From Zygnema circumcarinatum SAG 698-1b (lineage: Eukaryota; Plantae; Zygnematophyceae), in assembly GCA_037447605.1 (NCBI GenBank), contig CM074810.1, forward strand, positions 3,506,880 through 3,570,879: a stretch of 64,000 nt of DNA, in the 5' to 3' direction. This document shows, piece by piece, positions 27,561 through 43,755 of the stretch; positions within the stretch are counted from its first letter, which is position 1; each line of letters starts with the position of its first letter. The notes under the pieces are model-generated. The model searched no databases. It saw nothing but the letters and a program-made list of their open reading frames with translations, and had not been told where the DNA came from. Position numbers and translations under genes: made by a program.

Positions 27561-28120
27561 CTCTTCATCGCTTTCCCTCTCTACCCTTACCTCGCCCTGA
27601 GCCACTCGTTATCGCTGTCTCGCTGCCCTTTCCCTCTATTCGTCTCCCTTCCCGTCCCTCTCCCTCTCATCTCCCCCTCCCGTCCCGTTCCCCCCCTCCC
27701 ACACTCTCAATCCTCCTTCCTTCAAAGTTTCTCCTAGTAGCTTCTCTCCAGTCTGCACTTAACTTGGGAGGGACATCCCAAGCTACTCAAGCGGTGCCAG
27801 ATCACAGTCCGCATTTCACTCAAGCACGTGAGACAACACAGTTTTAAAGATAGCCAAAACTGCGGAACGTATCAATTACGTGAAAGAGCAAAAATTACAA
27901 CCCGTAAAAAAAGCCAGCGGTACAAGTTAAACTGCCACCCCTAACGCAAAATTTGGGCTGACCTTATTCTCCGTGGGTTCAAATGACCCGCGAAACCCTT
28001 CCTCAACACCACCTCGAAATGTTCGTATAAGCAAACATCCCTAATACTAATTCAGCAAGTCAGGAAAACACTCGTTTCAAATTGTTTCTCTTCCAACCTT
28101 CTACGACCACAAACAAGTTC

Positions 28121-29251
28121 CTAGTTCGCAATGGCCACCGCGCCACCCGCAGCGGTGTACTTGGCGGGCAGCTTGTCGAAGCCGAACCTGGGGCCGAGGT
28201 TCTGTACGGTCGGGCTCATGGTGAACACCACCCAGGCCTTCACGACCTTGGAGGTGGCGGCGTTGCCGTACGACTTGCGGGCGAACTGGAACACGATGGA
28301 GGCGATGGAGTAGGTGTTGGGGCCGGGCTTGTTCAGGATGTTGATGCCGCTGAAGTAGTTGCTGGAGAGGTTGGGGACGGGGTTGGGCAGAAGGGCGGCA
28401 AGGTCGGCCCCTTTGGCGGCGAAGATGTAGTTGCCGGCGGGGTTCAGAATGGCGGCCTGGGGAACGCCGTCAGTCACGCAGAGGCCGGTCTGGACGTATC
28501 CGATGGCGTTGACGTTGCCCTTGATGAGGGCGAGCACGCCGTCGGACTTGGCCCCATACTGAATGAGCTTGGAGACGGAGGAGAGGGTGTTCCACGGGGC
28601 GGTGGTGGTCGCCGGCCATGCCGCGACCTTGGACTTGATCCAGGACCCCACGACCTCGGTGGTGCCCGACTTGTCGGAGCGCGCTACGGGCACCACGGTG
28701 CCGCCGGCGCCGGCGAGGAAGTTGCTCCACGGGAGGGGCGAGTCGGAGGAGTAGATGTTGTAGACCTGCGAGCCGGTGAGCTTCAGCGCGGCGGACTTCT
28801 TGGTGCAGAACGAGTACGTCGCCACGGTGAAGGGGATCGTGTACTTGTTGGTGCCGCCGGCGGAGCTGTCCTGGGCGGCGGTGAGGGCGGCGTCGGAGAA
28901 GGCCACCTGGTAGGACTTGGAGATGAAGCTGGTAATGCCCGTGCCGGAGCCCACAGCCTGGTAGGAGCCATAGTTGGCCTTGGCGGAGCCGGAGGAGATG
29001 ATGGCCTGGGCAACGTACTGCATAACATGGCAATGGGGAGGGGGGGGAGGGTTCAGTCAATGGGCCATTGTCAGCAATTGGGGTTGGGTTGCGGGTTTTA
29101 AAGCAGAGAAGGAGAGAGAGAGAGAGAGGTGATTGGGGCAGAATAGGGGAAGGGGGTTTACGTCTTGGACGGAGGTAGCACCGCCGATCACGATGGCCTG
29201 GGAGGAAGTGGCGGAGAGGAGGAGGACGGCAGCGATGAGAAGGGCGGCCAT
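28121..29251 (-). CDS. pstS: Secreted PstS/DING-superfamily phosphate-binding protein, copy A (328 aa)
   Basis: Exon 1 29251-29162 (signal peptide MAALLIAAVLLLSATSSQA + IVIGGATSVQD), GT-AG intron of 144 nt, exon 2 29017-28121. Motifs GGAT, VGSG.G, SDA.L, RSDKSGTT, NAIGYV, TYSI. Confidence 0.9.
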
Positions 29252-30795
29252 GGCTGCCAGCGACAAGCAGACGAAGTGAGGATGGGAGGGAGGGAGGGAA
29301 GAAGGGAAGGCTGTTAGGAGGCAGTGGGCGGCTGGATTAAGTGCAAGGCTTGGGGAGGTATTATCCCGCGCGGTGCCTTTGTAGGGCGGGCGGGCGGTCA
29401 TGGCGGCGGGCGGCGGCGCCGCCCTGGGGCCGGGCCGACAATGGGAGGCATCTTTTTTTCGAAGATGCCGAGGAATCCCTGCGCGGCAGGCCGCGGGAAT
29501 GTCGGTGGACATGTCGGTGTGTCGGGTTTAGGGTGGCGGCCGCGTCTGGAAGTTGTCGGTTTGCGGGGGACGCGGAAGGACGCGCCATTTCTGTTTGCCG
29601 TATTTAAAAAGGTACTGATTCTATAACATTAAGCCAATCGCAGCCTGCCACGCTAGATATGTGAACACATGGCAGACTTTGATTTGCGCCCACTCGTTTC
29701 TTGTGCATTCGGGGATGGAGTAAACTAATACGTGTCCTGGGTTTCTTATTAAAATCCAGAAATCGCAGACTGCCACGTCGTTGCAATATGCCACGTGGCG
29801 ATCTTTGATCGGTTGTTTGTTCCGAAAAATTGGGACCCACGGGATTTGTCTTTTTCCGTTGGAAGCTTCGATACACTCTCGGATCTCACCGACAGGCATT
29901 TTGGAATATGCTTTCGTACATGACATTACACGTGTTACGGTGGACGACAAGGACCGACAGACGTGGCAGATTCTGTGGTACACTCAGCCCAATCCCTGGC
30001 TTGCGGATCTTACGATCCGTATGGGAAACTCCAAAAACTGCCGCATTTTTACTGCCCGTTTTGTTGTCCCGACGCTTCTTCAGAGGCGTGCCCGACAAAC
30101 TTCGGCCGTCGATGAAATGCGGCACACGGATCTGAACGTACAGTTCTATTGTCTGAGAAGATTTCAGCCCTGCCCTGAACTAACCGACAAAAAAAATACG
30201 GCGGCGTCGAAGCCGTCCGTACGCAAACGAAACGTTTTGTACATTGATTCTGCGAAATCGCGAATTGAATTAAAATCAGCGCGTCAAGGAGAACATATTT
30301 TGGCATGCGGCTAATCAGAAGGTGTCACTGCTCTAGATCCGCTAATGGGAAGCTGCCACGTGTATTATTTGCCAATCAGATTGCGGCACCCCAAGGTCGC
30401 TGGTTTTCAATGGCGAATCCGCGGCTTTGGCGGGTACGACCTGCCGCCAAGTGCGGCGCTTCTCGACAAAAGTCAAGGATCGGTGACGTTTTGGCGTTTT
30501 GTGTTAGTGCGCCCGCCCGGTTACCGTAATGGACGGACACACGTGCCAATTTCTGTCGCTTTGGATAACCATAAGTTTCCGCCAAGTAAAATTGAGGTCT
30601 ACTTTTGTCGTATTACTGCCACGTCTTGTTGTCGATGGACAAATCTACCGACATTCCGTTAAGGCCGCATGGAGACTGGCTGTGATTTGTAGTCCGACGT
30701 GGCGTCTGACGTGGTGTCCGGCGAGGCCGCCACATCACTAAACTGGAAGGGCCTTTCTCCATGACGCAACGCGGCAATATTTTTAGTTCAGCGCA

Positions 30796-34885
<4,090 letters not shown>

Positions 34886-35941
34886 ACATCCGTGAATCAG
34901 AAAAGGAAAAAACAACCATAAACCCAAAACCCGAAACCCTCCAAACTTTTGAATGCTGTTTTTTAAACTAATGGTTTACAACCTGATCTAGTCTTTGTTT
35001 GGACCTTTCCATGCATGAAGAAGAACATGTTGTGGAACTCGCGCCAACATGCGCGAGGTCTCTATAAGGTCGCAACCCTTTTCATATACACTCGCTAACT
35101 CGCTAAAAAATAATGGTGCTGAGTGGGCTCGTGGATGCGTTGGATGAAGTTCCCCTTCCTATCCCATCCCTCGCCTCTCGCAGACAGCACTCGCTGAATC
35201 TCACGCCCTCTCGCTACCCTTCCATCTTTCCCTCTCTACATTGCACTAAGAATGATGCTGGGATGGGCTACGTGCAATTTTCTCGTCCTCTAGCCTCCTA
35301 CGCCTCTGCCCTTTCCTCTCACTACGCTTCCTCTATCAAACTGCCCTTCTCTCGCGCTGCCCCTTTTCTCCACCCGTCCCTCTCCCTTCCTCTCTCTGCC
35401 CTGCCCTCTCTCTGCCCTGCCCTCTCTATGCCCTGCCCTCTCTATGCCCTGCCCTCTCTTGCTGCCCTGTACCTCGCACTGGCATCTCCCATTTCTCACC
35501 CTCCCGTCCCGTCTCTCTCCACTATCCCTCTTCCCCACCCCCGCAACCTCGCCCTCTTCCTCAATTCCATAGCTTGTCTCTCCAGACTGCACTAAATTTA
35601 GGAGACAAATCCCAAATTACTCTTGAAGAAAAACCAGATGCCAGTGAACTCTGCTTTTAACGCATAAACAAACTGCGGAACGTAATAATTAAGTGAAAAA
35701 GAGCAGGTTCTACAGCTCGTCAAAAAATCCCACCGTACAAGATCAACCCTAAATACTCTCAAGAAAAAACAGGGCATACCTTAATAAACTAATCCAGTTA
35801 AGACACTCTCCAAACCCTCGCCACTACCTCCAGATGCTCGTACCACCCAACACCCCTACCTATTAAGCAACAACAGCAGAAAGACGCTTACACTCTCAAT
35901 ATCTGCTGACCACACTCTCTTCTTAGACCAAAACGAAGTTC

Positions 35942-36140
35942 CTAGATCGCAATGGCTTCCTCGTGTGGGTGGGGGTTGCAGTCACAATTCGAGAAAATCC
36001 ACAAGGAGGTGAACCTCAAGTACATCGGTAAGCATGTCAATCGAGATTTGACTATCGGTCTGATGGTTTGAATGCATGTGTTAATGCTCTTGGAAGCTGC
36101 GGCGCTGTTTTGTCTGGCAGACCCGACATTCATGATTCGA
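35942..36140 (-). pseudogene. Decayed 3' remnant of a fifth phosphate-binding gene, with homologous 3' flank extending to ~35110
   Basis: AAGTTCCTAGATCGCAATGG (35937-35956) matches the stop region of A (AAGTTCCTAGTTCGCAATGG); reads ...SARQNSAAASK...EAIAI* versus FARKSYGNAATSK...AVAIAN*; 35575-35940 aligns to the C/D and A/B 3' UTRs. Confidence 0.65.
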
Positions 36141-37455
36141 GAGGAGGGAGGAGGGGGAAGGGGGGAACGTGGGGGGAGGGGCGGAGTGTGGGAGGGGGGA
36201 AGAAGGTGGGGGGAGGGAGGAGGGGGGAGGCTGGAGGGAGGGGGAGGGGGAGGAGGGAGGGAGGGAGGGGAGGGGGAGGGGGAGGGGGAGGGGGAGGGGG
36301 AGGGGGGAGGAGGGAGGGGAGGGGGAGGGGGAGGGGGAGGGGGAGGGGGAGGGGGAGGGGGAGGGGGAGGGGGAGGGGGAGGGGGGGGGCGGGGGAGTGG
36401 GGAGGGGGAGGGGGTGGGGGGAGGGGGAGGGGGAGGGGGAGGGGGAGGGGGGAGGTGGGAGGGGGAAGGGGAGGGGAAGGGGAGAGGGAGAAGGTGAGAG
36501 AAAGATGGCGACAAAACGAGGAGGTGAAGAATAAGGGTTATGGTTGAAAGATAAGGGCTTAAAAATCAGGGTTAAAAGTTCAAAGATTAGGGTTAAAATG
36601 TAGAATTTAACGTTCAGGTTTTAATGTTTAAGTAGGAGGTTTAATCTAAATAACAAGGGTTTCGGCTTGATGGTTTTTGTGTACAGTTTAGAGTTTAAAT
36701 TAGGGTTCAGGGGTTCAAGCCCTCGTGAGGGAGGGCTCAGGGTTCAGAATTCAGGGGTTCAAGCGAAACCCGACAGACAGGGACCGAAAGCGTTCCCGCC
36801 TTAGCGCGGCGGGAAGGCGTGTGACGTGACAGGGCGTGACATAGCGTGACGCGCAACACCCCATCCTCGCCGTGTTGCACTTTCTCATTCGTCTTTCACT
36901 TACTCCTTCAGTATGTGACGAATGAAAGTTAGTTTCACAAGAATGAAGTGCCAGCCAACTCTACCCAACCCATAAATTTTTTTTTATAGAAATATTGAAA
37001 GAAAAAGAAAAGAAGGAGAAAGGTAGACACCCCTCTCTCTATCTCTCCCCCTCCCCCGCACCTCCTCCCTCCTGCTCACTCTCTCACTCTCCGGGAAGTC
37101 TGCACTCAATTTAGGAGAGACATCCGAAGTTGCTCTTCAAGAGACCAGATTCGCACCTTCGACACGCTAGTGCCACAACACATGTTTATTCGTATGAAGA
37201 AAATGCGGAAAATATCAATTACGTGAAAACCAGCCCGTCGGAAAAACCCACCGTACAAGTTAAACCTGCCGCCCCTAGAGCAAAATATGGGCAATCCTTC
37301 ATCCCTATTGGATTCAGACACCCTCCAAACCCTCACCACTACCTCCAGATGTTCGTATCACCCAACACCCCTACCTATTCAGGAACAGCAGAAAGGCACT
37401 TATTTCTCTCAAACATCTGCTGCCCGCGCCCTCTCCTTCATCCAAAACAGAGTTC

Positions 37456-38437
37456 TTAGTTCGCAATGGTCACGGCAGCACCCGCAGCGGTGTACTGGGT
37501 GGGCAGCTTGTCGAAGCCGAACCTGGGGCCGAGGTTCTGTACGGAGGCGCCCATAGTGTACGTCACCCACGCCTTGACGATCCTGGAGGTGGCGGCGTTG
37601 CCGTACGACTTGCGGGCGAACTGGAACACGATGGAGGCGATGGAGTAGGTGTTGGGGCCGGGCTTGTTCAGGATGTTGATGCCGCTGAAGTAGTTGCTGG
37701 AGAGGTTGGGGACGGGGTTGGGCAGAAGGGCGGCAAGGTCGGCCCCTTTGGCGGCGAAGATGTAGTTGCCGGCGGGGTTCAGAATGGCGGCCTGGGGAAC
37801 GCCGTCAGTCACGCAGAGGCCGGTCTGGACGTATCCGATGGCGTTGACGTTGCCCTTGATGAGGGCGAGCACGCCGTCGGACTTGGCCCCATACTGAATG
37901 AGCTTGGAGACGGAGGAGAGGGTGTTCCACGGGGCGGTGGTGGTCGCCGGCCATGCCGCGACCTTGGACTTGATCCAGGACCCCACGACCTCGGTGGTGC
38001 CCGACTTGTCGGAGCGCGCTACGGGCACCACGGTGCCGCCGGCGCCGGCGAGGAAGTTGCTCCACGGGAGGGGCGAGTCGGAGGAGTAGATGTTGTAGAC
38101 CTGCGAGCCGGTGAGCTTCAGCGCGGCGGACTTCTTGGTGCAGAACGAGTACGTCGCCACGGTGAAGGGGATGGTGTACTTGTTGGCGCCACCAGCGTCG
38201 CCGTCCTGGGTGGTCGTGAGGGCGGCGTCGGAGAGGGCCACCTGGTAGGACTTAGCGATGAAGTTGGCGATGCCCGTGCCGGAGCCGACATTGGCGTAGG
38301 TGCCGTAGTCAGGCTTGGCGGATCCCGCGGAGAGGATGGCCTGGGCCACATACTGCGCAGCATGGCGATAGCGGGGGTTGGAGGGGAGGGTTTACTTACG
38401 GTTCTCAGCATTGGGAGGTTTGAAGTAGAGAAAGACA

Positions 38438-38475
<38 letters not shown>

Positions 38476-38635
38476 CAGCAGCAAGCAAGGGAGCAGAGGA
38501 AGGAGGGGTGAGGGTTCAGAGCGGTACGTCCTGCACGGAGGTGGCCCCGCCGATCGCAATGGCGGCCTCGGCGGAGGAGGCGGCGGAGAGGAGGAGGACG
38601 ACGGCGGCGGCGGCGAGGAGGCGGAGGGCGGCCAT
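37456..38635 (-). CDS. pstS: Secreted PstS/DING-superfamily phosphate-binding protein, copy C (334 aa)
   Basis: Exon 1 38635-38528 (MAALRLLAAAAVVLLLSAASSAEAAIAIGGATSVQD), intron with a (CTG)n tract, exon 2 38352-37456; same intron position as A/B. Confidence 0.9.
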
Positions 38636-38929
38636 GGCTACGGCGGGCGGCGAGGGTGAGGGGGCGGGCGGTAAGCAGTGGGCACTTGACTTTCGGCGCC
38701 CGCGCGGCCGCTTTGTAGCTCGCGGTGGGGCCCGCCCGCGCCACGTGGAGGCATCTCCGTGAGGGAGATTCCGAAGGATCAACAATGTCGGTGGACGCGT
38801 CGGTTTGTCGCGACACGTGGCGGTTCGGCGCTCGCCGACTGTCTTTGTTCCTGGTTTTGTCTTGAATGTAGATAGTTTACGCCAACGAGAAGACGCCACA
38901 TAGCCCTCCTCCGCTCGGCGCCTCCTGAG

Positions 38930-39312
38930 TAGGGATGGCCCGCGTTATAAAGTCCGACTATATTATATACTTTACAACGGGTTTAAAAGTAGTAATATAG
39001 TACAAAGTAAAACAGTTTATTACATATATTATACCCACTCGTTTTGAACAATTGATGACCGTACGACCGTACTCGTACGGTCGTGCGGTTGTACCATACC
39101 AAAATTAGGTCGTTTTGGCGTTGGCGTTGCGAAATGCGTCCGTCTGGTTCACTCCGTCTTCACTGCATAATACCGTACAGTCGTGTGACCGTACGACGGT
39201 ACGACCTTACATATTGTAAAGGCGTTGTAAAGTATTATATAACAGCCGTTATTTAGTCGTCACAGTTATATAATATAATATAGATTATATAGTCGTAATT
39301 AAGCCATCCCTA
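38930..39312. mobile_element. Non-autonomous hAT (Ac/Ds-like) MITE, 383 bp
   Basis: TIRs TAGGGATGGC (38930) / GCCATCCCTA (39303-39312); 8-bp TSD CTCCTGAG at 38922-38929 and 39313-39320; single-copy empty site in the paralogous arm (CTCAGGAG 41350-41357); internal GTACGACCGTAC-type repeats. Confidence 0.93.
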
Positions 39313-39889
39313 CTCCTGAGGCAATCCGCTGTCCCATCCAACGGCTCGATTCGCGCGGCACGTCGGATCGTGTCCCGTCAAAGTCGCGAAAGGCGACGAA
39401 AAGCGGATTGTAAAGCGACCGCGTGACGTGACGCGAGGTGGCACAAACACTCTGCGTGGCGTTCTATGCGTAAGCTGGCGTCGTTCAGTTCAGTGCAAGT
39501 CGGGACTCGTCGCGAATTCGCGCTTCGTACGGACGGCTCGTCGCGCCGCGAATAATCGCTCCGTTGGATCGGCGCCGTCGCGTGTGCCGTACGGCTTTAC
39601 AGGCCGTACAGAATCTGGCGCAATGATGGACGGCGGCGTCCCCGCCGTGCCGATTGACTGTCGTAGGTCTGTCGCGACGCCGATTGGGACCTGTGTGGAG
39701 AGATGGTCGTCCGTTTCTATGTGCTGCTTTCAGGCTCTTTGGCCCCTGCATGGGTCTGATGCATTGGTCCGACCTGTGAAGGGCTGCGCTGCGGAACATC
39801 GATACGTATCGTATGCGATATATCCGATATATGCGCTGTATCGGATGAATAGGCCCTCTGTACGGTCCTGTCGGCATATCGCTCCAAGG

Positions 39890-40190
39890 GTTGGGCCGTT
39901 GCGATGCGATCGACAGGCGTGTAAAATCCAACGGTCAAAAATCACCACGGGCTGCGCCGTGGGGATGCTCTCCTCAGGCGTGCAGACTCCAACGGTCGAA
40001 AATCCTCGACGGATGGAGCTGTTGCGATGCGTTTCTTCGGCGTGTAGAATCCAACGGTCAAAACGAATCGCCGATGTGCGCCGCTGGAAGCGTTCCTCAG
40101 GCGTGCTGAATCTGTCAAAGAAGACTGAACGGGCTGCGCCGTTTGGATGCGTTCCTCACGCGTGCGCGATCCAACGGTCGAAAATATTTG
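39890..40190 (+). repeat. ~61-bp tandem repeat x5 carrying TCCAACGGTC (MSA-like) motifs
   Basis: TCCAACGGTC at 39927, 39988, 40050, 40170, with one degenerate unit near 40111. Confidence 0.8.
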
Positions 40191-40914
40191 ACAGGCTTCG
40201 CCGATGGTGAATCAGATTCTAGCTCCGCGGTGAACATGGGCGATTGTTCCTTTCGCGACATAAAGGCATGAAGGCATGAAGGCATGAAGGCATGAAGGCA
40301 TGAAGGCGTGGCTGCTCGTGATGCGGCCCTTCGCAAGGAACGCGCCTATGCCCACCGTGACGTGACGCGGCCGACGAGTTTGTTCCTATGGCTATTGAGA
40401 TTCTTGGTTGCCTCAACATTCGATTGGATGCCTTCCTTCCTTCGCCAGTGCTTGCGCCCATCGCTCCTTCGAGATGCGCGCACAGCCCTGGAAGAAAGCC
40501 CTCCTCCGGCGATGCTGGCTCCTTTTTTTATTGACAGCGTATATTTGTCGCCCTTCAGCGTTGTCAACCTCGCTTCTCCGCTCCTTCGGCGTGAAGCCAC
40601 TCTTATTTGCTCCCTCTGCCCGATGTTGCCTCACATCGGTGACCCCTTAGCGCTCAGTTTTTCCTCGTGGTTCTTCCCCATGATGATGTTGTCCATGCAT
40701 ATTCAATGGCAGCATCGCCATCGTGAGGCCAATGCCATTTTCTCTCTCGCGACACTTGGTGAAACAAGGAACCGCTCTCTTAGAAAACTAGAAAGTGCCA
40801 CGTGACGTGACATCCACGTGCACTTTCAAAATTTCAGAGCGAAGAGAGCGATGGATAGCACATGACGACAATTTGGGGTCCCATCGATTGGTGCCACGTC
40901 ACCGTGATTCCGTC

Positions 40915-42709
40915 TACGGATGCCATTGGCAACGCGACAAACCTGGGACAGCCAATCGCCACGAAGGGGCCGCCGCAGTCCATCATTGCCCCCGACTCTG
41001 TACGGCATGTATCCACTGTACAACATGTACGGGTTGTACAACATGTACCACCTGTGTGGGCCACGCGACGAAGCAGATCCGATGGAGAGACTCTTCGCGG
41101 CGCGACAAGCCATTCGTACGGAATTCGTCGCGACGCGCCGTCTGTACAGAACGCCTAGCCACGAGCCCCGATTCGCACTGCACTGAACGGCGCCAGCTTA
41201 CACATAGAACGCCACGCAGAGTGTTTGTGCCGCCTCGCGTCACGTCACGAAGACGCTTTCACAATCCGCTCTTCGTCGCCTTTCGCGAATTTGACGGGAC
41301 ACGATCCAACGTGCCGCGAATCGAGCCGTTGGATGGGACAGCGGATTGCCTCAGGAGGCGCCGAGTGGAGGAGGGCTACGTGGCGTCTTCTCGTTGGCGT
41401 AAACTATCTACATTCAAGACAAAACCAGGAACAAAGACAGTCGGCGAGCGCCGAACCGCCACGTGTCGCGACAAACCGACGCGTCCACCGACATTGTTGA
41501 TCCTTCGGAATCTCCCTCACGGAGATGCCTCCACGTGGCGCGGGCGGGCCCCACCGCGAGCTACAAAGCGGCCGCGCGGGCGCCGAAAGTCAAGTGCCCA
41601 CTGCTTACCGCCCGCCCCCTCACCCTCGCCGCCCGCCGTAGCCATGGCCGCCCTCCGCCTCCTCGCCGCCGCCGCCGTCGTCCTCCTCCTCTCCGCCGCC
41701 TCCTCCGCCGAGGCCGCCATTGCGATCGGCGGGGCCACCTCCGTGCAGGACGTACCGCTCTGAACCCTCACCCCTCCTTCCTCTGCTCCCTTGCTTGCTG
41801 CTGCTACTGCTGCTGCTGCTGCTNNNNNNNNNNTCCAGCAACTACTTCAGCGGCATCAACATCCTGAACAAGCCCGGCCCCAACACCTACTCCATCGCCT
41901 CCATCGTGTTCCAGTTCGCCCGCAAGTCGTACGGCAACGCCGCCACCTCCAGGATCGTCAAGGCGTGGGTGACGTACACTATGGGCGCCTCCGTACAGAA
42001 CCTCGGCCCCAGGTTCGGCTTCGACAAGCTGCCCACCCAGTACACCGCTGCGGGTGCTGCCGTGACCATTGCGAACTAAGAACTCTGTTTTGGATGAAGG
42101 AGAGGGCGCGGGCAGCAGATGTTTGAGAGAAATAAGTGCCTTTCTGCTGTTCCTGAATAGGTAGGGGTGTTGGGTGATACGAACATCTGGAGGTAGTGGT
42201 GAGGGTTTGGAGGGTGTCTGAATCCAATAGGGATGAAGGATTGCCCATATTTTGCTCTAGGGGCGGCAGGTTTAACTTGTACGGTGGGTTTTTCCGACGG
42301 GGTGGTTTTCATGTAATTGATATGTTCCGCATTTTCTTCATACGAATCAACATGTGTTGTGGCACTAGCGTGTCGAAGGTGCGAATCTGGTCTCTTGAAG
42401 AGCAACTTCGGATGTCTCTCCTAAATTGAGTGCAGACTGCACGGAGAGTGAGAGAGTGAGCAGAAGGGAGAAGGTGTGGGGGAGGGGGAGAGATAGAGAG
42501 AGGGGTGTCTACCTTTCTCCTTCTTTTATTTTTCTTTCAATTTTTCGATAATTTTTTTTTTTATGGGTTGGGTAGAGTTGGCTGGCACTCCATTCTAGTG
42601 AAACTAACTTTCATTCATCACATACTGAAGGAGTAAGAGAAAGACGACTGAGAAAGTGCAACACGGTGAGGATGGGGTGTTGCGCGTCACGCCCTGTCAC
42701 GTCACACGC
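40915..42709 (+). repeat. Right arm of inverted duplication 2 (contains gene D)
   Basis: Reverse complement of 36818-39690 minus the MITE; interrupted by a 10-N gap. Confidence 0.9.
41644..42079 (+). CDS. pstS: Secreted PstS/DING-superfamily phosphate-binding protein, copy D (middle lost in an assembly gap)
   Basis: Exon 1 41644-41751 is identical to C; intron runs into N at 41824-41833; 41834-42079 encodes the C-type last 81 aa and stop. Confidence 0.8.
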
Positions 42710-43755
42710 AGCACCGCAGCGCCAAGGCGAGCTGCGTCGACGGTTGGATTCCGCACGTGCGAGGAACGAAAAGCCACGGCGCCCCTTTGGCTGACCGCAC
42801 AGCGCGGGCGATACGTTCGATATATCGCTCGTATCGGGCACAACACCGCGAAACGAGTCCTCACTCAGCCTCGCCGCTGCCGTTCCATTATGTGGCGATT
42901 GGGGGTGGCACCGTTCCATTCCCGTCCGTTCCGTTGCTCCGTGGCGGGGCCACCGCAACAGGGTACGCACGAAAAACCGGAACTCTCAAGTCTCAGGAAC
43001 CCTCTTAAACCCTAAACCCTACACATTAACCTTATATTCCAAACCCTTATTAGTTAGCCTTAACCCAATCTCAAGCCCTAAAGTTTAAAGTTGCGTTTTG
43101 ATCCCTAATCCATAACCTTAACCATTATTATTAACCTTAACCATAATTATTAACCTTCACCATAATTATTGGAACTTTGGACCCCGAACATTTCGCCCTT
43201 GTTCTAACCATTAATCGTATTCATCACCAAAGCCCAAATTCAAATTTCAAAAGGATGCGTACTGTGCAACAGCTTAGAACTCGCGTTATTCTTCCGAACG
43301 GTAAAGAGCTCGCGAGGCTCTGGTCCTTTGACTGCCTCTATGCTTCCGTTACGTTCTACTGCAACCTCCTTCTGAACTGGACTGCGACAAAACTGGGGGC
43401 ATGAAATGAATCCCGACGAGAATGTGGGTGTGCAAAAGCGACCAAAAAAAATCTATACGCAATTGTTGAAATTCACTAGTTAAGGTTTTACAATTCAAAC
43501 GAGAAAAACGAGGAGAGGGCGAGGGAGAGGGAGAGGGAGGGGAGAGGGAGAGGGAGGGGAGAGGGAGAGGGAGAGGGAGNNNNNNNNNNGGGAGAGGGAG
43601 AGGGAGAGGGAGAGGGAGAGGGAGAGGAAGAGGGAGAAGGAAAGGGAGAGGGAGAGGGAGAGGAGAGGGAGAGGGAGAGAGAAGTGAATCTACACATGCA
43701 ACCCTTGATACCCTTTGTTCCGTTCCTTTCTGTACACTCTGATCGACCGGTCGCT

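Larger units (their letters stand above)
25510..29414 (-). repeat. Left arm of inverted duplication 1 (contains phosphate-binding gene A)
   Basis: Reverse-complement homology to 30796-34885 is traceable end to end: near-identical over exon 2 and the 3' UTR, clearly diverged distally. Confidence 0.93.
36818..39690 (-). repeat. Left arm of inverted duplication 2 (contains gene C and the hAT MITE)
   Basis: Reverse-complement homology to ~40915-42709; identity decays towards the central spacer. Confidence 0.9.

Noticed and set aside
39890-40190. CRISPR-like appearance of the 61-bp periodic array
   Set aside because: The inter-motif segments are homologous to one another (a tandem repeat, not unique spacers); eukaryotic context with no cas genes.
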